DNA of 64,000 bases from Amphiscolops sp. MND2022 (lineage: Eukaryota), in the NCBI GenBank assembly GCA_964187785.1, contig OZ076409.1, positions 27,344,001 to 27,408,000 on the forward strand, written 5' to 3'. The notes under the pieces are model-generated. The model was not told the DNA's origin, made no database searches, and saw only the letters and a list, made by a program, of their open reading frames with translations. The position numbers were made by a program, and so were the translations under genes. Below, in pieces: positions 37,401 to 47,873 of this stretch; the first letter of the stretch is position 1; the number at the start of each line of letters is the position of its first letter.

Positions 37401-40400
37401 GTGTTTGGCCTATTTCGACTCGAAGAGAGATAGTTACATCACGATTGTACACGGGATCATCATGTAACACGGGATTGGGAGCAAAACTGTGGCAAAAGGA
37501 AGGTGAAGTATTCAGACCTATAGCTTTTGCAAGTAGATTTCTAACAGATTGCGAGAAAAAAATGCAATAATTAAACTAGATCTAATAGGGGCATTATGGG
37601 GGCTAGAATGCTTCAAGTATTATGTTTAAGTGAAAAGGGTTAATTTGTTAACAGACCACCAAACGCTTCAACGATTATTGAAAAAGAATAGAGCACACAA
37701 CCAATACAGCGCTAGATTAACACGTTGGTTGGATAGATTGAGCCATTTTGATGTTAACGTGCAATACATGGCCGGTAAAAACATTCGCTTAACGGACTAC
37801 TTGAGCCGACATCCGATCGTACCCACCAAGATTACTGAACTAGAGAATTAAGCGGACGGACAAAACGAAACGAAAGCTGGAGAATAGTTCGTAGTTAATC
37901 GAATATACGGCCTCTTTGACTTTAATCAAACGCGAGGAAGCATAAAATGAGTTATCGAACAAATAGCTGTGAGTGAAAATTCCGACCAATCACAGAGCGA
38001 CAAACACGTACGTGAACAAAATCAAAAATCATTTGCTCAAAACGTCATCGTTACTGAACGGTATCAATTGAATCGCTTCAAGTAAAAGTCACCGCCAAAC
38101 AACTTGTACTCGATTAGCAAAAGGGACAAAGTCAATGGTATCGACATGGATACGTGGATTTCTTTAATAAAAAGCGGGGCCATTCCCCAGAATTGGAACG
38201 CCTGTGGATACAGAGAAATCATATCCTGAAGCCAGATAAGACGAGAATTGTCGGGAAGGGCAAGGACAGCGAAAGAATACAGGAGTACCAACCGCCGCAA
38301 GCGGATCGTCGAACTGAATATCGAGACATATAACCGCTTCTTCCACTACTGTGAGCATCTGGGATCAACTCCTCTGCAAAAGTTTCAACAGAACAACAAC
38401 GAGTCCTGGATCAATAACAATCAATCAGACGTGGAGAGTCGAGTAAGCAGGACCAAACAGGACAAATGACCCACGAGTGCGCTGAAGGAGCTCCGCAAGC
38501 ACGTAACTTTGAACTTAATAAGACTGAAGCAGACAGCAAAAATCAACACCCTTGATCCGAACCAAAACGAAGGAACAACAGAAACCATAAAAAGAGCCGA
38601 TGGAGATTTCTCACTGCATCTGCCATTACTCGTAGACGAGACAACCCGGGGTGGAAAAAGCCTGAACGCCATTTCAGCCATTGAAAAAGATCAACTGGAA
38701 AGCATCTTTTATCCCTGCCGCCCCACCGACTACACAATTCGGGCTATTGTTTTACAAAGATGAAATTGTTATCCCCGAAACAATGAGAGCAACCATCATC
38801 GCCATGTTGCATCAAGGCCACACGTCGACAGCAAAAATTGACCAACTTGCCGAAGCTTTCTGGTGGCCAGGAATACACTGGGACATTCAGGAGAAGGTAG
38901 AGACATGCCCTAGCTGTAGAGCGGCAGGTTAAAACATTGAAACACATATTCCATCAACGAAGAAAAGTAGACTGGAAATTTTAACCGAACCGAACCAAGA
39001 AAGTCAATTGTACTTCGCCGGTCCAATCAAATCGAAAACACGCGGCTATGTATATATTTTAGCAGCCATTGGCCGTTTTAGTGAATGGCTCACCGCACAA
39101 ATTTGCAAAAACGCGGCGACACGGACTGTTTTGAAATTTTAAACGAAATATTTCACAGAAAAGGGAACGACACGGTGTATTCGAACTGACAACGGCAGCT
39201 GTTTTAAAAGTAACGAATTATAACCAATTTTATTTCAGCCCAGCCAGCTGAACTGCAGGTGTTTACAATCAACGATTCGGACGGCGAGATGGCCGACTAT
39301 ATGGTACTCAACGATACCAGGAAAAGAGGCCGTTAGGTAAGCCGGAATTTTAAAAAACTTCAATTTTACGAAAAGGAGAACAATCCCAACTCAATGAAAT
39401 GTGGATTTAAAACTAAGAAAGTTTAGACTGCGATAAAGGAAAGTGACCATACCATCACCACCTCCGAAGAAAAATCATACGTAAAATCATACGAGTCGAA
39501 AAGATCCATCAACAGGTGCCGCAGATGCGGAAAGTTCAGCAGTGGTGAGTACTGCGAGACTCACAGACGCCTCATAGCCGAAGGAGGCATGACCAACGAC
39601 CAGGCTAAAAACGACGCCGGGCCAAGCTACACGATGCCAACCATGCCATCCAAGAAGCCTGTCTACAGTCGAGTAGACCGAGTAGTCATGTACGATTCCT
39701 CTAGCCGCGATTCAGACTCCATCGCGTCAAATGCAGATAAAGACGACTCCGCCACGTATAACGGCTCCGAGGTGACCGATCTCAGGACCGAAATTGAACG
39801 GACAATCGAGACACTCCGGACACAGACACCGACGATGACATCATTAATCGGATGTAGCACCGCTATAGCCCCCACTACAACACACCACGATCCGTCGGGC
39901 ACCCCAATAAGATGCCAAGAAACAAACACCGGCACAGCGGAGGACTAGACTAGAGAAGGACTGACAGGTAAAATAAGGTCAAAACGCGTAAACAAAGAAA
40001 TAAGGAACAAAGCTAGATTTGAATCAGAACCACGTAGATCAGAAAGAATAAGAACATCAAAAAGGGTGGAAAAACCCGGTGGGGGTCGAATATTTTTCGA
40101 AAATTAGTTGTTTAGGAAACACGCCTAGCCCTATTCCAAGACGCTATCCAGTTCCGCCATTCCCTCGTCTGAAGAAGGACATGCCCAACCACGAATGGTT
40201 CCCCTAAACCCGCGGAGAGGGAAATGTTGCATGAAGCACCCAATTCATGGCTAATACATAAACAAGTTCAAGTACCTGCTAAAATGATGCCACGTACTAT
40301 TTAGCATACATTACGTTGATGATTTAAAATACAGTTGAATGCTACAGTACATGATACTTTGTCTGAGTTGATAATCTTACTTCAGTTTTAATTCAATCTT

Positions 40401-43400
40401 ATTATCCACCTTTCTCCATGCATGAAATAGTGGAGACCACTGTTAACAAAAATAAAATTGTCATCGACTGCGATCAATAGTAGAATTGGCTGCAGCATGA
40501 AACTGAATGGGATACATTACTATAACTTATTCCATGCTTCCTATCTGCTCGGATGAATTTCGTTGAAACTTCATTGTGTTACAGGTATTCACACACTCTA
40601 ACGTTTGTCAGTCCAAAGATTTCCATGTAGCGAGGCTAAAATATTTTAATTTGAGGCATGTTTGAAGTGTTAATAAACAAGGCATCATGGAAACTTGTCA
40701 CTAATTCTACGAGTTAGGAAGTTTTATTGTGTTATTCTGGGACCACTGAAAATGAGAAAACTAAAGTTTTTGTCTGATGTCATTCTAATGTTTGATTATT
40801 TTGTTACCAGTTAGCGGTTTGTAAATCTTCGTTCAATTGGTTTTTCTAACTCAATTTTTCTAACTTCGTTTTTCTAACAGCTTTGTTTCCTATCTATCTT
40901 GGAAAACTGATTTTGTAGAAATTAGCGAATTCGGATATATATCTAACTACAATGTTCACTAAAAGCTGTTTAAAGATGACTTGGAAAATGACCCCAAACG
41001 TTTCAACTGCGTTTCAATACCAGACATCGCAGTCCTGAAAACGCAGAAATTTCAGCTTTACTTTCAAAATTTTTACGTTCGAGCAAATTTCATTTTCGGC
41101 ACAAAATATATTCAACGTCTGAGCTTTTGGGACAAAGTAGGTTATTGCAGTGGCTAGTTTTGAAAAATCTTTTTTCTGATCAGAGTCACATCTAACATTC
41201 AAAGTCGTTTTAGGACACCACGGTGACGAAAGTTTCCCCTTTGGATTTTTCCGACATTGTGCGAATTTTTCTGAATGGGTCCCCTCCTTAACTACGGATG
41301 GAAAAATCCCACTTTAGGTTGTTTAACCCCGTTTTGAAGATTCTCAAAAACGCGTCCCTGACCAATTTGAAGGAGTTAACGTTTTTGGATTCCTGAGCAA
41401 ACTTGGGTTATTCTGGTGCTGAGAAACTTTCCTTACAAACCAGGGGATTATCAACAGATTGTTCATAGATAGTTAGTAAATAACAGATATTCAAAAATTC
41501 CGGCACTGAAATGGCTTGGACTGAAATGCCTGTCTGTCTTCATGAGACTGCATTGTCTGGGTTAAAATAACGGTTTTTATGGTAGAATAGTTTTGATAAC
41601 GATTTGAGTAACTATATTCACGATGACTACAGTTATTTCAATGAAGGTGTACTTTTTATGGAAATACAATTTGAATTTCATTCATTTTCTTGTGGTTGAC
41701 ATACCGACTTACTAACATGATGTGCTGAAATATACCGACCAGTTTGGGTATCTATTTGTTCTCTTTTTCCTCAATATGGAAGGAAACACTTTTTAACAAA
41801 CGCGCTCAGATCAATGATGAATACCCGGGTGCCACGCAACATGCAATTACATGCATTTCCATGGAATTTCTGGTTCCATACGATAAATTCATGTTTTCAT
41901 AAATAGAATCACATGGAACCATATGAATTGATGTGGAGTTGCATGGATTAATGACATAATTTACACATTTTTCTCTAATCATCGTTGAAATATAAACGGA
42001 TATTTCAATCCGGAGATCACAGAAACGAAAGAGCTGGCATCAGACAAGGCACCGATGTTTACATGAATTAAACCTTGCTTGCTCAGAAAATAATTTAATA
42101 ACGCGAAGATGTAAAACACATTGCTACAGTCAGAAACCTAAATTCAGTCAAATTAATACCTTGTCGGACGGTAAAAATTTGTAAAACGTCATTCATTTTT
42201 TTCAGAATTAGCTTGCTTTTTCAATCTTGATTCCAATTGGTTAATTACAAAAATTAGACATTCAAAATTAACGAAATAAACTTAATGAAATAAATTTAAT
42301 AGCATACGCTTATATCATGGCACTGGAGAGGAAGAAGCGGCCGAAAGTTTCAATCTTAATTATAAGCGGTATGCGAGCAGTGGTCCGCGGATGGGTTACT
42401 AAAATCGAATGTCGATTTGGGATATTTTAATGTTTATTTAGAAAATTTACTTTTTCATTTAATTGATTCAGGAATTTTGAATGTGGTTTTGCAAATTTCA
42501 GCGTCCTACATCGCATTGACTTAACGGAGACCACCCAATGGAGCTGCGATAAACTTTGAACCCGAAAAATTCAAACTCTAGAATAGATTTCACGCACAAG
42601 GGACCATGTGTTTTAACCCCCATCCCCCCAACAAGAAAACACATTTTGTTCTTGAATAAAAAATTTTCAATTAAGAAATATGAATGTAATTACTTCGAGG
42701 ATTGAGTTAGGTCCATATGTTATCATACGAAACACTGTATGGTTCCATGCATGGAAACGCATGGAATTGTTTCAGTCGAATGATTTATGGGTGGAATTAC
42801 ATGGAAGCTTCATGAATTTGGATTCGGATAATTAGGCGTCTGATATATTGCTTCCTTGCAGAAAAACAATGTGTTCGAAAAAAGGCAACGGATGATTCAA
42901 GTTTTCACCGATGGTTATAAATACCACTATCAACAGAATACTCCGCCATAATTGCGTGATTGGAACTCACTGTTCGTTTTCTGATACCTGATCTGAGTCT
43001 GTTCAAACTGTTTTTCAGGCAGTAGCAACAAATGTGAATTGCACATCAAACTGAACCCCAACTACGAGACAGCGCTAATTAAGAACCAGAGAGTCGTTCA
43101 AGAACTCACTCAAACTAAGGCTGAAATCGAAGCTCTCTCCGGAGAAAGGAAAAAACTGCAAGCGGCCGTGGGTGATTTGGAGAAAAACAACGCGACGTTC
43201 AAAGCCCACATTGACACGCTCTCGGGAGAAAACAATAAATTCCAAGAAAACAACCGGAAATTGGAAGAACAGGTGAACGTGATGAAGGGAGAAAACGACA
43301 GATTCAAGGCTAACAATGAGAAGCTGGAAAAAGAGAATGCTAAGTTTGAAGAAAACAACAAAAAACTGGAACAGCAAGTAAGTTCAAACTCTTAAAGCAT

Positions 43401-46400
43401 AGAAAATATCTGTTTACAAGCAATGGCACAATTCTCGTCACATCGTACCTGATCATGACACACCTTCCATGATCATGTCACATCTTGCATGATCATGGTC
43501 CATACATACATGGATAGAATAGATAACCAAATTAGTGCGATCCACAATGTGAAATAGTCTTCCATCTATGCGAGGGTGAGAGTCTATGTGAAGGCAAAAA
43601 TCAATGCTTTTGGTAGATGGTCTGAAAATTGAAATTTTAAAACTAACTGAAAATTTGGCAATAAATCATGAGGAATTTCAAGTTTCAGCCAGTTCTCTTG
43701 AAGTTTCAAAAAACATCGAGCTTTTTCCTTGTTTGGTACATCCAGACCTGCCAGTTAAATTCTGAAACATATCTGAGGGTTATACTTGATAAAAAACGAA
43801 CTTGTTGCGGATGGATTTTGTTATGGAATGTTTGGTGCAGTTCTTCTGATAGCAAAGGTCAAAGTATCCCGAGATAATGACCACAGAAGTGCTCGTTGCA
43901 TTTGAAATTGACGTCTTCGACTTTCTCTCTGTTACATAATGGCAGAATAACGCTAGAGTAATAGTGGATAAGGCATCTTTGAACCTAGAGTGCACATTTA
44001 GTTTTGTTCAGGTGTTCAAGATGGGAGAAGAGAATGCCAAGTTTGAAGCCAACAACCAGAAGTTGGAGCAGGAAGTTGGCAAGCTGAGTGGAGAGGTGAA
44101 CAAACTGGGCGAGGAGAACAACAAGTTTGCAGAGAACAATGCCAAGCTGGAAGCATCAGTGACAGCTCTCACAGGAGAAGTTGACAAATTCTCTCAGGAA
44201 AATGAGAAACTGGCCCAGACTAATAAGGTTTGTCATACTCAATACTACCCTGGAACATATTTGATTATTCAAAGAGTGTTCAATCCGCTGCTCGTATTGT
44301 TCTACTTCGATTAACATTAAGAGCGAATAATTGAGAAAAAACAGTTTGACCACACAGCTCTCGGATAACTTGCCGATGCATTTTTTTCAACGTTTTGATA
44401 GTTTTTTGTAATTGAGGTTTCTGGTATGCATTATATATACTGCTGATCCATTTTTTCTCAGTTTCGTTCTCTTGAAATACGGATTGAGAGTGGTTTGATG
44501 AATGAAGACGAAACTCCGGTATAAAAATCGAAGCAATTATTAAGAACTACTTATTTTTTGTTCAAATTTCGATCACGCAATGCTGTCACCTTTGTCGAGA
44601 ACCGAATTTATGATCATTCTATTTGTGAGAAAGTTCAACATTTTGAGGTGAGGACATGAAATTGTTAGTTGTATGTGCTAAGTTTTTCTTCCAGTGACAA
44701 GATTCCAAATTATTCGAAACTCAAGCTATTTGTGAGCTTCAAAACATTCCGAGGTTGACGACCATGGCTGATTCTCGACTTTTCATTCATGATCATGGTT
44801 TTTTTCATGGAATTTCTTTCGAATCATTGTGTATCATTGATGATTTTCATTACAATCGAATCATGTCTAATCATCCATTGTAATTTTTATTACTATCGCC
44901 TCCATGATCACGGCTCTAATGAAAATCCATGATTCATCCATGAATTATGGATATTTTCCCACAATCATGGAATGATTCTCGACATGGCGAATCCATGAAC
45001 CATGGATGGAAAGCCGTGGCCTGTAAACCTGGGTTGACCTCAAACGATTGCCTTCTGGAGATTCAATGAACGCATCATGACATTTAAGCAATTCAGTATT
45101 TGCATTCATCAAAGTTTTAGCGGCTTCAAAGTTATTTTTTTTTGTTTTTTAGTTGGCGCTTCTCGTACAAAACACAGACTATAGCTTTGGCTTTTTTAAA
45201 GACCTAGGAGGTGACAGATTTTGTAAGCTTTATAAGCTTCCACTAATTGCCACATTAAACTTCTATTGCCACTTGGCATCGAGGTTAATCAGGATTTTTT
45301 GAGGCCTGGGAAGCAGAAGGACGTGGGGTCGAGTCTCGCCCTTGACCAAAATTTTTTGATCATGTTATTTCGGCTTTGTGAGACTTTTTTCCGCATTTTT
45401 TAAATTATCTCCAAAGGGTCCCCCTTCAATTTTTTGATATTTTGCAACAAAATGGGTGTTCAAAAAAATTCCCCCTTTACATTTTCGGCGCTATGCCACT
45501 TACCAGAGACTTCTGCTGGTAAGTGTACTTTTGCATATGTGAAAAACTTTACTTTTTTGAACCTTCAAGTTGAGCTGGGCGCCGACTTGGCCCGTTGCCG
45601 GCTTGTTTTGCTTATCCGTGTAAAAGATAACTGTAGAAATGATATCGAAAAGACCAGTCAATTTCAGGCGTTGGAGAACAACGTGAACAAACTTGAAGGT
45701 GAGGTGAACAAGATGACTGAGGAAAACAACAAATTCGCAGATAACAATAAGAAGCTCGAATCGCAAGTTAACCAGATGACGGCTGAAAACGAAAAACTGG
45801 CCGAAAGCAACAAAAAATTGGAAGAAAATGTGAACAAACTTGAAGGTGAAGTGAGCAAAATGACTGAACAGAATAACAAATTTGAGGAAAACAACAAAGC
45901 GCTGGAAAACCAGGTTGGTGAAATGAAAGCAGAAAATGAGAAAATGGCCGAAAATAACAAAGCCCTGGAAGAAAAGATTAACCAATTTTCTTCGGAGGTT
46001 GACAGACTTTCTGGGGAAAACGATAAAATGGCAGAAAATAACAAACAATTGATGGCACAAATCGGAAAACTCAGTGAAGAAACAGAGAAAATGTCGAAAC
46101 TGAACGACGATCTTAGCAAAAACAATGCTGAGTTGGAAGATAAGATTAAACAGCTTAAAGAAGAAGTTGAGAAATTCGCCGCAGAAAACGAAAAATTCGC
46201 AGCGCAAAACAAAGCTTTGGGAGAAAATGTGGACGCTTTGGATAAGAACAACAAAGCTTTAGAAGCCAAAATCAAGGAGCTAGACCAACAAATTGCCAAG
46301 TTTAAAGAAATTTACGACAAACTCACAGGCGAGAACGAAAAACTGGCCAAGATCCGAGACGACTTTCAGAAACTAAAGGACCTCTTTTTTGACCAATTGG

Positions 46401-46651
46401 ACGAAAAGATGAAGGCAATGGACAGGTCTCTGTTGGAAAAACTAGCAGCTGATATTGAGATGATGGACAAGGAAGAGGGAATGTCACCCGACGAGTTTGA
46501 CAGGTTCTTAGCCCGGGTGCCGAAACACTTGAAGGAGAAGTTCAACAAGATTGCGACAGATTTCGAGAAGTACGACACAAATAAAGACAACGTCATCGAC
46601 TACAAAGAGCTGTCGAAAATGCTGGACTTGGTAATGGATGATGATAAATAA
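19342..46651 (+). CDS. C2 domain - long coiled coil - EF-hand protein, 5 coding exons, 622 aa: join(19342..19458,27472..27664,43019..43377,44012..44227,45668..46651)
   Basis: All four introns are GT-AG with compatible phases (0,1,0,0). Exon lengths 117+193+359+216+984 = 1869 nt form one open frame ending in TAA. The C2 motifs and the heptad register run unbroken across the junctions. Confidence 0.9.
19597..21360 (+). mobile_element. CATG-rich non-autonomous DNA element with nested MITEs (intron 1)
   Basis: The left end cacaggtttacaggtcatgg... is the reverse complement of 44940-45033; a CATG-rich right portion lies at 21190-21260. Right boundary approximate. Confidence 0.55.
20326..20776. mobile_element. 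MITE with repeat-rich TIRs and ~9-bp TSD (MULE-like)
   Basis: gacaaaagcgc.cc repeats at the left end, gggcgcttttgtc at the right; flanks gttccaggg (20317-20325) and gtcccaggg (20777-20785). Confidence 0.65.
23078..23322 (+). mobile_element. Truncated copy of a high-copy HINE/Helentron-like repeat
   Basis: Begins aacaagccgagaacggccaaagtcggcgccatatcta, as do the copies at 25310, 45607(-), 50970(-) and 58362(-); contains gggggacccttt internal units. Confidence 0.6.
24100..24880 (+). mobile_element. Heavily decayed LINE reverse transcriptase remnant
   Basis: FNRCIAEGVFP; GVPQGSELGPFLFICI at ~24521-24568; YKYLGLHIDEK. Confidence 0.7.
25310..25843 (+). mobile_element. Near-complete HINE/Helentron-like repeat, nested in a related copy (~25005-26390)
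   Basis: 5' aacaagccggg...ggcggcgcca; 3' actatagt palindrome then gcgccgactaaaaa (subterminal inverted repeat plus hairpin). The family assignment is inference. Confidence 0.6.
26503..26790 (-). mobile_element. 3' part of the same repeat family, inverted
   Basis: tttttagtcgg...gactatagt...ataagctggcttccactaactg is the reverse complement of 25730-25843. Confidence 0.65.
27472..27664 (+). CDS. Coding exon 2: C2 domain core
   Basis: Acceptor tttcaag/; VIDNNLDPVWNELLKF...FTVWDKNSFTSDELMCFGVAPLAGL; donor AG/GTCAGA, phase 1. Confidence 0.92.
28271..28390. repeat. Perfect 120-bp palindrome (60-bp arms, no spacer)
   Basis: 28271-28330 is the exact reverse complement of 28331-28390; centre TGTA|TACA. 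Confidence 0.97.
28834..33074. mobile_element. CCC...GGG-terminated MITE (CMC/EnSpm-like) interrupted by a LINE
   Basis: cccgggttgac ... gtcgacccggg termini, AAGATCTT-type subterminal repeats; colinear with 48153-49233. Confidence 0.8.
29546..32696 (+). mobile_element. 5'-truncated Jockey/I-group LINE (ORF1 zinc knuckles, AP endonuclease, RT), decayed
   Basis: CLRCGGEHNIKEC...NHPASYRGCP; DIAIFNETK (APE); NYRPISLISCL, FMDVEKAFDSVWHKGLL, GVLQGSTVSP, LQFADDIAL (RT); decayed (GAA)n tail 32681-32696. Confidence 0.9.
34552..34773. repeat. Two adjacent imperfect inverted repeats (34552-34674 and 34678-34773)
   Basis: ttcaaatatcaatgtttttcatttcaac / gttgaaatgaaaaacattgatatttgaa; and tttctagatttaa...ccaggcacatgtggctgg...ttaaatctagaaa. 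Confidence 0.85.
35096..35289 (+). repeat. Gypsy 5' LTR
   Basis: TG...CA; 4 mismatches against 40225-40418 by manual comparison. Confidence 0.9.
40225..40418 (+). repeat. Gypsy 3' LTR
   Basis: TG...CA, directly preceded by a polypurine tract. Confidence 0.9.
41824..42840. mobile_element. CATG-rich element starting CCCGGG, right end degenerate
   Basis: cccgggtgccacgcaacatgcaattacatgcatttccatgg...; second CATG cluster at 42715-42820. Confidence 0.45.
43019..43377 (+). CDS. Coding exon 3: last C2 strand and start of coiled coil
   Basis: Acceptor tttttcag/GC completes the split Gly codon; SSNKCELHIKLNPNY...KLEQQ; donor CAA/GTAAGT. Confidence 0.92.
44012..44227 (+). CDS. Coding exon 4: coiled coil
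   Basis: Acceptor ttttgttcag/; VFKMGEENAKFEANNQKLE...LAQTNK; donor AAG/GTTTGT. Confidence 0.9.
44749..45033 (-). mobile_element. Short CATG-rich MITE with CC(G/C)...GGG ends and TT TSD (intron 4)
   Basis: tt|ccgaggttgacg ... taaacctggg|tt; inverted homology to 19597-19750. Confidence 0.7.
45145..45607 (-). mobile_element. HINE/Helentron-like repeat ending ~60 nt before the exon 5 acceptor
   Basis: ttagttggcgct...gactatag ... gggcgccgacttggcccgttgccggcttgtt, the reverse complement of the 25310-25843 structure. Confidence 0.7.
45668..46651 (+). CDS. Coding exon 5: coiled coil and EF-hand pair, stop codon
   Basis: Acceptor atttcag/; ALENNVNKLEGEV...; atypical EF-like MDKEEGMSPDEF and canonical loop DTNKDNVIDYKE; TAA at 46649-46651. 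AATAAA hexamers at ~46716 and ~47766. Confidence 0.92.
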   Translation, partial: ALENNVNKLEGEVNKMTEENNKFADNNKKLESQVNQMTAENEKLAESNKKLEENVNKLEGEVSKMTEQNNKFEENNKALENQVGEMKAENEKMAENNKALEEKINQFSSEVDRLSGENDKMAENNKQLMAQIGKLSEETEKMSKLNDDLSKNNAELEDKIKQLKEEVEKFAAENEKFAAQNKALGENVDALDKNNKALEAKIKELDQQIAKFKEIYDKLTGENEKLAKIRDDFQKLKDLFFDQLDEKMKAMDRSLLEKLAADIEMMDKEEGMSPDEFDRFLARVPKHLKEKFNKIATDFEKYDTNKDNVIDYKELSKMLDLVMDDDK

Positions 46652-47873
46652 GATCATTGAATGCCTTCTAGGATACCCACTCCAGTTAGAGAATTAATTA
46701 AGTAGTTAATTATTCAATAAATTAATGAACAACTAATTAACTTGATTGTCTAATTTTAATGCTCATCCCGTTTCTGGACTCACCTGCTTGTGTTGAGGTG
46801 TCTTTTGTTCTCACCCATCAGTGGCTAGTTGAATGGATCAGTACCTGAATAATTGTTTGAATCTGTCTGTTTTTAACCATCAGACTGACAAGCTTCCTGA
46901 CTGTGTGTTTGTTTGTTTGTTTGTTTGTACCCCGTTAGAGTAAAAAGCTGTTATTAATAGATTGGCTAACTTTTTAAAGTGATTCCTGACAGCAGAAGAA
47001 AAGCTAATTGTTCCACCTTTTAGATTTACACTTTATACTTCTTTCATCTCCTGACTATACACGGTTGGGTTGCTGGTCAGAGTCATTTTGGTTTAGAATC
47101 CAATTATCCAAAATCCGAAGTTATAGTTTTCGGTTAACTGCGGTTGTTCAGCTCGGCCTTTTTTCTTCAATGAAACGAAGTGTGATTAAACTTAATAGTT
47201 TCAAATGCGATGGTATTTGTTTGCTATTTCTTCAGCATTATGAAGCCATTCGGCTGAACAGTTTTAACGAGGAGTGAGATCAAGAAAATGCCGGAAACGC
47301 GATAAAAACCAAAGATTGAAGATGCAATTTGTTTTGAAAATGAGATGCGAGCTTCCCATGTATAGTGACCCATCAATCATAGACCTACATTGCATCTTTG
47401 AAGGACCATTCCTGATGATGCAGAATGTCTGAACTTTCCGTCAGTGAAACGACCCTATGAGAGCCATCTGATTTGTAAGTACAGTTATAACCAAATTCAG
47501 CAACATTCATATAAAGTGGGCCCATTTCCGACTTCCAGAAAATCGATGTGTACAATAGGGCGTATATCATACACAGTTTAAGCATGTTTAAAGCATGGTC
47601 AAAGACAAATTCCAAACTTTTGATAAAGTGTCTCAGACAATAGCCCATTTAGTCAAATGATTGGTTATATCTGATATGACATGGTATCTACTGCATTTAG
47701 TTGATATATCTATGACTTAAGTTAAAGATTGAAATCGATACTTACAAACATCTTTACCATGTTCCAATAAAACTGTGCCTTCAGATGGTTTAAGAAACTT
47801 TTGGGCTTCAACTGGTGCAATTACTCGCGTTCGTTTTTTTTTCATTTTTTTCAAGAGATGGAATGTGACGTCG

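Larger units (their letters stand above)
35096..40418 (+). mobile_element. Ty3/Gypsy LTR retrotransposon (Mag-like), internally decayed, in intron 2
   Basis: 194-bp LTRs; gag with CRFCG...CPARKPQCNNCKKMGHFAKVC; protease IVDTGSPV; RT IDLDYAYGQ...WIDDII; RNase H (FASRFL, TDHQ, DYLSRHP); integrase LHQGH..WWP..C..C and RTDNGSCF; PPT ggagagggaaa 40214-40224; PBS-like tgacgcag at 35301. Confidence 0.93.

Noticed and set aside
45434..45667. N-terminal 78 aa of the 405-aa ORF 45434..46651
   Set aside because: It runs through a dispersed repeat in intron 4; the real exon starts at the acceptor atttcag/45668.
45500..46299. Long antisense ORFs (235 and 211 aa), also 43075..43377 and 43110..43361
   Set aside because: Phe/Leu/Ser-rich shadows of the repetitive Glu/Asn/Lys codons on the coding strand.
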